Assembly: GCA_002633005.1 (NCBI GenBank) | Contig: NMRA01000027.1 | Coordinates: 1,043,788-1,107,787, forward strand | Origin: Phoronis australis | Taxonomy: Eukaryota; Animalia; Phoronida | Length of the DNA stretch: 64,000 bases | Direction of reading: 5' to 3' | Shown: positions 38,237 to 48,845 of the stretch, piece after piece | How the letters are laid out: each line of letters begins with the position of its first letter | Numbering within the stretch: the first letter of the stretch is position 1 | Notes under the pieces: generated by a model | The model's database searches: none | What the model was told of the DNA's origin: nothing | The model's input: the letters and a program-made list of their open reading frames with translations, nothing else | Position numbers and translations under genes: made by a program

Positions 38237-38639
38237 CTGATGGTGAACTGATCTTGCAATATCAACTAGGGACCTGTTTTACCAAAGGTTTCAAGTCTTG
38301 TCGCATTAGCACAGACAGGACGGGACCCAAAACTTCATGATTTGACTAACAATCCAATGTTCACTAAAATACGCTTGAGTGTGTTAGATTCGTTTGCATA
38401 TTTCTTGGTTTCACGTTTAAGTAGAACTTGGAGAACATAGCTCATAACTGTATTTTTAATGTTCTATGGATCTTTTGATTTTTGTGCTTGTCTGTGACTT
38501 TGTTTTAATGAGCAGCGTAATCAGTATAGTAAGTCATTTAGGTGAAAGTCAAAGATCACGTGTGATGAGTGCAGCCGGAAATGACGTCATTCGCATACCG
38601 GAAGGAAGTGGCAATGACGTCATAAATCATTGCGTAATG

Positions 38640-39535
38640 TGATTTTTATTGAAATATATACAAAAATCCATAGGCCCAAGACGGCACATTATCAGGTGCG
38701 TTACAAACTGGATAATAAATTGTGACGCTTGAGAGCGCGATGTACGAATTTTAGAGTATCCGGATTTCTCATGAAAGATTCAAATTTTGATGTCGTGGGA
38801 GAATGACAAAAACGATTGCTTAAGTACTTAAGCCGAAGGTCTTGGTACGCACTGCAAACTGACACAAGGTGGTATTCGTCCTCTACACAACCCGAATTAC
38901 ATAACCTATTTTCGTAGGGAATATTTGTGGGGCGAGCTCTTTCCACTAGTAACGAATGATTTGAACATCGCAATCGAGTCAGAGACTGGATAAAAACACG
39001 TGGGATACTAACTATTTCTAGATAATTCTCTAGACAATACATTGTTTTATACCTCACAAAATAAGGCAGTTTTGCGTTGCATCCGATATCAGACTACCAG
39101 CCTTGCAAATAACAGTCACAGACACGTTGAGAAAAAACTGTTAAGGAATACGCTTGGTTTACTACATCCTGATTAATCCATACATCTGGAAAACCATACA
39201 CAGACAGAAGTTTCCTTACAAAACTTGCCCAATTATAAGAAGATCTTCCGATCAAGTCTTCCTGAAAAACCATATCATATGCTGCCTTTACCCCACGATT
39301 ACTAGGCATCTCCAGTGTTTTGAACCAATATTTTATACAGGATACAAAATATTTAGTAAACAATGAGAATCGACCACATTCGCCCATAATTGCCGAGTTT
39401 GAGCAACAACTGCCTACTCCTAAAATGCGTTTACAAAACTTGATATGTACATTTTCCAATTGTTCATATTCCTTAAAGTCCCATATATCAGCGCCGTAAT
39501 CATAGAGGGATAAACCCTTTTATCGAACAGGTGGA
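38640..39535 (-). mobile_element. 5'-truncated LINE (C-terminal region of ORF2)
   Basis: 'LENVHIKFCKRILGV...SNSAIMGECGRFSL...IKYW', 'LTRLRCSNHSLLVE...ENRLC...VEDEYHLVSVCSAYQDLR'; minus-strand AATAAA at 38645-38650. Inserted in the left Polinton arm. Confidence 0.85.
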
Positions 39536-40581
39536 AGGCTATTGACGGAGGTAGATCACGACCTCCTCGAGAGAGATCTCCATCCAAGGTCATGGGCATG
39601 CGTGTGTAACTGGAAGTCGTCGGTAAACCGGAAAAAAAGAATTGGAAATCACGTGACTGCTGACGTCATCAGGTTAGGGCATGGCACCTTCCTCCACCCT
39701 GATGAGAGTTCAATTGATCGAGAGCGGAAACAAACTAGGGATCATGCTGCATACTGAATAAGAACAAAAGGTAGATTACCTTACTTTGCGTGCGCCACGT
39801 GTCATCGTTTTATATTGTTTGTTCTCTCTCATCGCTCAACGACAGACGTCGCGTATAACCTGTGAAAGATGATAAAGGGATATTGTAATCACCTAACTCT
39901 ACAACAGATGTCGCGTATACCTCACCCAGGTACAGACGGTACTAAACTAATAATAACATATGGTGACCACCTAAAATAGAACATAAACTTAATATTTTAT
40001 AAACGTGTATCAAGACGTTCAGACACCATTATCTGTACAAGTACTTTCCTCTGTCTCGGACTAGACACGTGTCCCATAAATTAACGTGTTCAATTAACTT
40101 AGTTTTCTTACGTAAGTTTTCTTCCGTTCAAGTATTTTCTTTTGTCTCAGACACCAGAGGTGTCTACCAACCGACGGACTCAGAGGACAAGACGTACGAC
40201 CCAACGATACCCGCTTACGACTGCAAAGACCCGTGCTTAACGTACGACGCGACATCGTTCCACCATGGAGGTTAGTTCCTTGTTTCCAATCTCACCTTAT
40301 GTACCCAGTGAAGGCAACCGGATGACTGTCTACTGGAGCCCTCCAGATGACTTTCAGGAAAATCATTTTGACACCTGCTCTTCAATGAGTGTGACATCGT
40401 GCAGTTCTGATGATGATGAGAGTTCGGATGAGGAGACCGACAGCGAGGGGGTTCACAGACGATGAAATGAGTGACAGTGACTTTGCATTCGCGGCTTCCT
40501 GATTGAATGATGAATAAAAAATTAAGAAAAGCACTGATAGTCCATGAGCAAGTAAGCGAGGCCATGTGCCACGTGACTTAC

Positions 40582-40705
40582 CGTAATCACCATGCAGTAA
40601 TTCTCCTTGATTGCGTCACAGCAGCCGAGGAAGCAGAGCATTAAAATGATAATGCCGACAACGATGATCAAGATGGCAGGCGCACTCAGCGCTCCTGTCC
40701 CAGGA
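40582..40705 (-). pseudogene. Isolated tetraspanin (CD63-like) exon fragment
   Basis: Minus strand reads 'GTGALSAPAILIIVVGIIILMLCFLGCCDAIKENYCMVIT' then gtaagt; matches tetraspanin TM2-GCCGA.KEN.C and ends at a phase-0 donor. Confidence 0.8.
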
Positions 40706-40729
40706 CAATGAGTTGTCCATCCATTCGTA

Positions 40730-40961
40730 TTTCTATCGAGAAAGTCTCGTAGTGGTTCGAAAGCGATGACTTACCGTACGAGTCTAAACATTTTCCTTTT
40801 CCATTCTTGGTTAGAAAAATAGCCACCCAGTCTGTTCCATGATCGTAGCTGCAAACGTAAGCATTCGGATGTGAAACGACACCACTCGCAAAACAACCGC
40901 CAAAGACCTCTCCATCTAAGTCATCGTTTTCTGGAATTGTAGTAATCTGATCAGTCCTCAT
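40730..40961 (-). pseudogene. Adenain-like cysteine protease remnant (Polinton PRO)
   Basis: 'FGGCFASG...PNAYVCSYDHGTDWVAIFLTKNGKGKCLDSYG' vs consensus F.GVF....P.AY..N.D...G.HWVA......EYFDSYG; the catalytic His appears lost. Confidence 0.75.
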
Positions 40962-41307
40962 GGTGTACTGAAATCAAACAAGACCGGCGTTTCTAGCTCT
41001 GTCAATGTCTTCAATGTTCTTAAACTCGACATAACAACCGGCGTTTATTGTAGAAGGCAGCGCCGATGAGCAATGAACTTCCAAGAGGAGGTTTTCATTG
41101 TTTCATGAGATTAAAGTGACCCCCATCCGATAGGTCAGAGGTCAGATCAAAAGCAAACAGCGTGTTGCCCCCGGCATAATCTAGACGTCCCACGTTCTTA
41201 TACCTTTGTCCTCGTAATTCAGTCCCGTTCCCGAAAACAAGGTCGTGAAAGTTCTAACAACGTATATTGGTCACATGTCGGCTTTATTGGTTTAGAAGGA
41301 ACTTGCA
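40958..41307 (-). pseudogene. Polinton/adintovirus major capsid protein C-terminus, copy 1
   Basis: 'QVPSKPIKP...RTFTTLFSGTGLNYEDKG...DYAGGNTLFAFDLTSD...YVEFKNIEDIDRARN..FDFSTP*', frameshifted. Confidence 0.8.
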
Positions 41308-41970
41308 CCCTATCTCCAGAGTCAAGGACGACGGACCGCTACAATTTTTGACTCTGGCTCGGGTGCCTATACGTGGACTTGGCAAACACAAAAATAACCA
41401 AAGCAGATGGATCGTATATCGCTGCGGATGCCAAACTGTGTTCAGTCAAGTCGACATTTCTTTGAATAAAAATTGATTTCTCCTTCAACCAACACTTACG
41501 GCTATAGAGCCTGTTTGGAACTGTTGTCTTCAGGCTTACGGAAGCTAGGCCAAGAACATTTAACTGCATCACTGTTGTACAAGGATACTAGCGGGAAATT
41601 TGACGCCCAAGCGACGTTAATTTAGGATACAAGACGCGTAAAACCCTTGCGCAGGAAGCGCTTACATTGACTTAAAAGGGAGACCCCACAATATGTGTGT
41701 GTGTGTGTGTGTGTGTGTGNNNNNNNNNNNNNNNNNNNNNNNNGTGAGGAAAGTAAAACTCAGCCTTGCTGTACAGCTAGCACATATAAAAGCCCTCAAG
41801 AAAAGCACCGCAAAGTACCCTCTGCGACGTGTAGAATGCAAAGTGTCATCCCAGCCGTACACCTGTTTATGACATAAGAGAATTTGTATTTTGGCCAAAT
41901 TTCTAAGAGGGTTATTGTATGCTTTTGTGATACAGACGCCTATCGTGTGCCAAGAACCCTTTCAATTTTA
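41306..41970 (+). pseudogene. Major capsid protein N-terminal/middle part (inverted), copy 1
   Basis: 'DDGPLQF..GSGA.YVDLANT..KITKADGS...FSQVDISLN...TNTYGYRA...LTASLLYKD...KYPLRRVECK...KNPFNF' in broken frames; interrupted by (GT)n and an N gap. Confidence 0.8.
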
Positions 41971-43498
41971 ATTGATACTGTATTGTCTTAAAAACTACAA
42001 ATTGTCTATTTCTTTACGTCGCAGGTTAAATGTAACTTCTTTCCGTAAAATACTTGAACATGATTTTAACTCTCAAACTTGTCTTGTTCAAAAATTCCTA
42101 GGTTGTTGAAAGTTGTTCTACGACAGGAACTGAAAAGATATCAGAGGCCAAGCTATTCCCGACATCCAATCTGGGCCACATGTCGGTTCTTATAAAGAAT
42201 GACAAGTGTTATCGTCGGGTTTGTTGGCATATTTTGCCGAGAAAATGCTAATTGTATGGAACCGTACCTCAGGAGTCTCGCTTGATGAACAATAATAACA
42301 AAATGAAAAGGAAGCTTTGAAATTTGGCTTCATTTGATATTAACTAGAACTTTCGATCAAAACTCAGTGGAGCAGGCCGCCGGAAATTCTCAGTGCAAAC
42401 TATTGCGGCTAGTCTCGGGATCGCAAGCTCAAATATAGAATACATAGGTCACGTGCAAGAGTTAGCACTCCAGGGCTGAGTTCCTTCCTAGGGGCAAAAT
42501 TTTTCCCTTTGGTATACTTCTGAAGATTTACTGCAGTGCTCTTACATTTTAGACATTGCATCGCGATCGTTAAAAATACACCTGGAATTGAATCCATGTC
42601 TAGAAATGCGGCCAGTATATGTTTGATAGCATTGGGTATCGCTTTTTCAATACAAATCCATCACGGCGGATGGCGGGCATGCTGTTCATGACATGCGTGA
42701 TGTCGCTAAGAGCGACCGCCTTGGGATCTGGTGACGACGGGCGAGAAGATAAAGACTCCTCGAATGAAACCATGGACACGTAGGATGGCAACAGCGGCGA
42801 GGTCTGCCTCAAAACTTCCTCCACGTCTCCTGTCGTCGATGCATTGCTATAACGTATTCTTGGAAGATTCACGGGTGATGTGTGGCCCTGTTTCGAAGAC
42901 GTGTCCGATGACGTCGTAGTTTCTATATCGATGCCTGTGGCCGGCGTTATACCAAGCAATTGCGCAGAACTCGAATGAACGCCTTTGGTTGTGGACGAAG
43001 TCTGATCATCGCAACACGGTCTCTTGGATGCGTTACTCTCATTTAGGTCATCGTCACTAACATCCCTCCTCCTTCTCTTGCCACGGCCAGATTGACCAGC
43101 GCTATCATCGTCGCCACATAACAGTTCGTCGCACCAAGATAACTGAGCTGTTGGTTCTTTCCTCCAGGCACCTCTTTCTCGTCCACAACTTCTGAATTAT
43201 CGTTTCTTTCAATCTCCACATTTTGTGCCGCGACAGGTCTGATAAGATCCAGTAATCACGCAGTCGTCGCTACTAATATCCGTGGCTATTGAGACGAGTG
43301 AACCGTGGCTGAGTTCTACATGTGCCAAAGCAACGCCACTATTGGTTTCCCGTTTATTACTTTATGCGAGTTATTCGTTTGACTATTTTTGTTAGTCCTT
43401 CCGGTTTCGCCATTTTGCAATAAATGAACGCAAGTATTTTGAGTTCACACATTTACTCTCATTTTACTGGCGTGGCGGCAGCGTGTTCTTAACGAACC

Positions 43499-44327
43499 AT
43501 GGCTAAGGCACCCGAGCAGTGGTGTCTGACGAAATCTGAAACTATAAACTCCTTCGACAATTGGAGACATAATATAACCTATGTTTTATCGCTGGACGCT
43601 GACTTTTTGCAAGGCGATTTTACTTGGGACAAGGCAAAGGTCCCTCTACGAGGGTTGTTCAATGACCCGGACACTGTTCCTGAGGCGCGGCGCCGAACCG
43701 CCGCCCAAAAACTAACTCATCTGAACTTAATGTTGGGACAAATCGCGAATTTTTGTCCAGTTATTTCACGTAACACCATCATTAAGCAGTCAACATCGCT
43801 TGCCTCTATCTGGCAAACCATACGTGCTCACTATGGGTTCCAAACGTCGGGTGGACACTTTTTGGACTTTGCTGAAATACGCCTTCTTCCCGATGAGCGT
43901 CCGGAGGACTTATACCAACGCATTATGGCATTTATTGAGGACAATCTTCTTGGTCCTGACAATACTATACTACACCATGGGTTACCCATCACTGACGAAG
44001 ACGAAATGTCTCCCACCCTTGAAAACCTAGCTGTCCTGACGTGGCTCCGCCTCGTAAACCCCGGACTTCCACGTCTCGTACAACAGCGTTATGGTCCCGA
44101 GCTGAGATCCAAGACCCTGGCTTCTATCAAACCTGACATCTCCCAGTCTCTACAGGCTCTACTTGACGAACTCCAGTCATTAGAAGACGCCAAAGTCATG
44201 AGATCGGCCTCTGCTCCCCGTCGTACCCCATCTCTTCCCAGCCGTCGACCAACCAAGAGTTGCGCTCTTTGTAAACAGGCCCGCCGGTCGCAGTTCGATC
44301 ATTACCTGTCCCAGTGCCCGTTTCTGC
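43499..44327 (+). mobile_element. LTR-retrotransposon Gag-like ORF, cut at an N
   Basis: Open frame 'MAKAPEQWCLTKSETINSFDNW...LMLGQIANFCPVISRNTII...ERPEDLYQRIMAFIEDNLL...CALCKQARRSQFDHYLSQCPFL' with a C-terminal Cys/His motif; the insertion begins near 43336, where copy 1 stops matching copy 2. Confidence 0.7.
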
Positions 44328-44337
44328 NGATCAGTCC

Positions 44338-44681
44338 TCATGGTGTACTGAAATCAAACTAGACGTTTCTAGCTCTGTCAATGTGTTCAATGTTCTTAAA
44401 CTCGGCATAACAACCGGCGTTTATTGTAGAAGGCAGCGCCGATGCGAAATGAACTTTCAAGAGGAGGTTTCCTTGTTTTATGAGATTAAAGTGACCACCA
44501 TCCGATAGGTCAGAGGTCAGATCAAAAGCAAACAGCGTGTTGCCCCCGGCATAATCTAGACGTCCCATGTCCTTGCCTTTGTCCTCGTAATTCAGTCCCG
44601 TTCCCGAAAACGAGGTCGTGAAAGTTCTAACAACGTATATTGGTCGCATGTCGGCTGTATTGGTTTAGAAGGAACTTGCAC
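44338..44681 (-). pseudogene. Major capsid protein C-terminus, copy 2
   Basis: 'DYAGGNTLFAFDLTSDLSDGGHFNLIKQGNLLLKVHFASALPSTINAGCYAEFKNIEHIDRARNV'. Confidence 0.85.
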
Positions 44682-45500
44682 CCAGAGTCAAGGACGACGG
44701 ACCGCTGCAATTTTTTGTCTCTGGCTCGGGTGCCGTATACGTGGACTTGGCAAACACAGAATTTTACGTCAGGGCAAAAATAACCAAAGCAGATGGATCG
44801 TATATCGCTGCGGATGCCAACCTGTGTTCAGTCAAATCGACATTTCTTTGAATAAAAATTGATTTCTCCTTCAACCAACACTTACGGCTATAGAGCCTGT
44901 TCGGAACTGTTGTTGTCTTCAGGCTTACGGAAGCTAGGTCAAGAACATTTAACTGCATCACTTTGGTACAAGGAATACTAGAGGGAAATCTGACGCCCTA
45001 AGCGACGTTAATTTAGGATACAAGACGCGTAAAACCCTTGCACAGGAAGCGCTTACATTGACTTAAAATGGAGACCCCACAATATATATATATTGTGGGG
45101 TCTCCCTTTTAATATATAGATATATATGTGTATATGTATATGTATATGTATATATATGCAAGACCGATACCTACTCAACAACGTTGACGTAAAGATAAGA
45201 TTGGTGTGAAGCAAGAACTCGTTCGCCGTCATGTCCCCGACGGCGGGTGCGAGTTTAATAGTCAAGATCCAAGACGCCGCCTTATTCGTGAGGAAAGTAA
45301 AACTCAGCCTTGCTATACAGCTAGCACATACAAAAGCCCTCAAGAAAAGCACCGCAAAGTACCCTCTGCGACGTGTAGAATGCAAAGTGTCATCCCAGCC
45401 GTACACCTGTCTATGACAAATTTCTAAGAGGGTTATTGTATGCTTTTGTGATACAGACGCCTATAAAGGATCGTGTGCCAAGAACCCTTTCAATTTTAAT
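44679..45500 (+). pseudogene. Major capsid protein N-terminal/middle part (inverted), copy 2
   Basis: 'YVDLANT..YVRAKITKADGS', 'MQDRYLLNNVDVKIRLV', 'KIQDAALFVRKVKLSLAIQLAHTKALKKSTAKYPLRRVECK', 'DAYKGSCAKNPFNF'. Confidence 0.85.
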
Positions 45501-45519
45501 TGATACTGTATTGTCTTAA

Positions 45520-47445
45520 AAAAGAATACAGATTGTCTATTTCTTTACGTCGCAGGTTAAATGTAACTTCTTTCCGTAAAATACTTGAACATGATTTTAA
45601 CTCTCAAACATGTCTTGTTCAAAAATTCCTAGGTTGTTGAAAGTTGTTCTACGACAGGAACTGAAAAGATATCAGAGGCCAAGCTATTCCCGACATCCAA
45701 TCTGGGCCACATGTCGGGTCTTATAAAGAATGACAAGTGCTATTGTCGGGTTTGTTGACATATTTTGCCGAGAAAATGCTAATTGTATGCAACTGTACCT
45801 CAGGAGTCTCGCTTGATGAACAGTAATAACAAAATGAAAAGGAAGCTTTAAAATTTGGCTTCATTTGATATTAACTAGAACTTTCGATCAAAACTCAGTG
45901 GAGCAGGACGCCAGAAATTCTCAGCGCAAACTATTGCGGCTAGTCTCGGGATCGCAAGCTCAAATAATAGAATACATAGGTCACGTGCAGGAGTTAGCAC
46001 TCCAGGGCTGAGTTCCTTCCGTGAGGCAAAATTTTTCGCTATGGTATACTTCTGAAGATTTACTGCAGTGCTCCTACATTTTAGACGTTGCATCGCGATC
46101 GTTAAAAATACACCTGGAATTGAATCCATGTCTAGAAATGCGGCCAGTATATGTTTGATGGCATTGGGTATCGCTTTTTCAATACAAATCCATCACGGCG
46201 GCTGGCGGGGATGCTGTTCATGACATGCGTGATGTCGCTAAGAGCGACAGCCTTGGGATCTGGTGACGACGGGCGCCGGAGAAGATAAAGACTCCTCGAA
46301 CGAAACCATGGACACGTAGGATGGCAGCAGCGGCGAGGTCTGCCTCAAAACTTCCTCCACGTCTCCTGTCGTCGACGCATTGCGATAACGTGTTCTTGGA
46401 AGATTCACGGGTGATGTCTGGCCCTGTCTCGAAGACGTATCCGATGACGTCGTAGTTTCTATATCGATGTCTGTGGTCGGCGTTATACCAAGCAATTGCG
46501 CAGAGCTCGAATGAATGCCTTTGGTTGTGGACGAAGTCTGATCATCGCGACACGGTCTCTTGGATGCGTTACTCTCATTTTGGTCATCGTCACTAACATC
46601 CCTCCTCCTTCTCTTGTCACGGCCAGATTGACCAGCGCTATCATCGTAGCCACATAAGAGTTCGTCGCACCAAGATAACTGAGCTGTTGGTTCTTTCCTT
46701 CACCACCTCTTTCTCGTCCACAACTTCTGAATTATCGTTTCTTTCAATCTCCACATTGTGTGCCGCGACAGGTCTGATAAGATCCAGTAATCACGTAGTC
46801 GTCGCTACTAATATCCGTGGCTGCTGAGACGAGTGAACCGTAGCTGGGTTCTACGTGTGCCAAAGCAACGTCATGATCACATTCTTTGCTCCTAGTTCCG
46901 TTTTGTGTACGAGTGATAACACAGTCGTCGTCTCCATTTCTAGAACCTGCATCGCTACTGTCAGTGGAAATGACAATCAATGGGACGTTGCTCGTATCCT
47001 CTATAGTCGAATCAAAAGCGTCTCCAGGATGGTAGCATTCTTGATCAACTATCGACAAGATCCCATCAGCTTGCTCCTAACAGACGTAATTGCCATCACC
47101 ATAAGCGATTATTTCACTCACGAAGCCGCCGTCTTCAAATTTACTGTCACTCATTTCATCGTCTGCGAATCCCTCGCTGTCGGTCTCCTCATCCAAACTC
47201 TCATCATCATCAGAACTGCACGATGTCACACTCGTTGAAGAGTAGGTGTCAAAGTGATTTCCCTGAGAGTCAACTGGAGAGCCCCAGAAGGCAGTCATCC
47301 GGTTGCCTTCACTGTGTACATAAGGTGAGATTGGAAACGCCAAGGAGCCTCTATGGTGGAACGATGTGGCGTCGTGCGTTAAGCAGGGGTCTTACGTTGG
47401 GTCGTACGTCTCGTCTTCTGAGTCCGTCATTGGTTAGACACCGGT
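45520..47445 (-). pseudogene. Degraded unknown ORF with acidic Ser/Asp-rich N-terminus inside the Polinton-like element
   Basis: Consecutive minus-strand ORF pieces (47077-47343, 46744-47058, 46238-46495, 45875-46129); partial duplicate at ~41990-43335 and an inverted partial copy at 40150-40490. No family recognised. Confidence 0.5.
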
Positions 47446-48469
47446 GATGAAGTGCTGTCTGTTGCTTCTGGAAGAGTTGCTCTTTGAGGTGGAGTTCCGA
47501 TGTCACATTGTTATATNGGGGGTTGATGGGGCTTTAGACTCCATTTTTCAAGTTCTGCGCAGCCCATGATATTGTCTCTAGATGAACTTTCTTTTTGTTA
47601 TCTTCAATATAGGAAGTATTCACATGCGTATTACACTTTCCATTTAAGTCATGGTAAAGTAAAAAACAATACATTTGAATCCACAAGAATCAACAAGTAG
47701 TTCGTTACCGGGTAGATGGTGAAAGTGTGAAAACGAGACACATAAAGTGGCCGTAAATTTTGGTCATTGCCCCATCCTGATGGAACATCAAGACAAGCTG
47801 TGAGGAAGTTGGCGCCATCTGTTGGTGATTCAGCTAGGCAGCACCAGTATCACATCTTTCTGTTATGCCTTGCCAAGGATGTTTAGTAGTCACACCCATC
47901 TTTGCGTGACTGTCAAATGATGCAGCGAGCATTGCGAAAACGCCTTCCTGTGTCTGGTAAACTTTTAATCATTAATTAATTTCCAACCAGATTAACTTTT
48001 GATTTGGAAAGCCATTTGCAAACTGCATTTACACTTACAAACACCTAAGCTCTAATATAGGAACTCTGAGTGGACACCAAGACAATCACGCTGCATACAC
48101 CGGTGGATTTAGGGATTGTTGTTGAGTTAGGTGGTTACAATATCTCCCTAGTAATACCTTTCTCGGGTTATACGCGACATCTGTTGTAGAGTTAGGTGGT
48201 TACAATGTCCCATTCAATCTTTCACGGGTTGTACGCGCCATCTGTTGCTGAGAGACGATAAAGAATAAACTTAAGGAGATCATACAACGATGACACGTAG
48301 CCCATGCAAAATAAGGGAATCAACCTTTTGTTCTTGTTCTTGTTCTTGTTCTTGTTCAGTACGCAGCATAGTCTCTATTTTGTATACCCTCTCGATCAGT
48401 TGAATTCTACAAACACAACGTGTTCTTTTTATAACTTCCGAGTGGTGGACGGTGCCAAGTCCTAACTTA

Positions 48470-48625
48470 CCTGCCTCCCGTTCAGTAACGCTAGAACCTC
48501 GCTAAAAAGCAAGACTTCGCGAGATTAGATGAGATATTGCAGTGTATTTCAAATGAAAATACGTGACTTTGGTTAAGTTTTAGCTAGGTACTAGCGTAGG
48601 TCCTAGCGTTACTGAACGCACGCCT
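48470..48625. mobile_element. MITE family 1 copy in the right Polinton arm
   Basis: CGTTCAGTAACGCTAG...CTAGCGTTACTGAACG inverted ends; absent from the left arm. Confidence 0.75.
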
Positions 48626-48684
48626 GATGATGTCAGCAGTCACGTGATTTCCGATTCGACGTTGTCTTCCGGTTACACGTTTGA

Positions 48685-48845
48685 CCTGCCGTGCGTTCAG
48701 TAGACGTTAGGACCTACGCTAGGACCTACCTAAAACCTAGTCAAAGTGGCATGTGCTCTCATTTAAAATGCACGGCAATATCTCACGTAATCTCGCGAAG
48801 TCTTGCTTTTTAGGGAGGTCCTAGCGTTACTGATCGGAAGGCTGG
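48685..48845. mobile_element. Second MITE family 1 copy in the right Polinton arm
   Basis: GTTCAGTA...CCTAGCGTTACTGATC ends with the family body; absent from the left arm. Confidence 0.7.
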
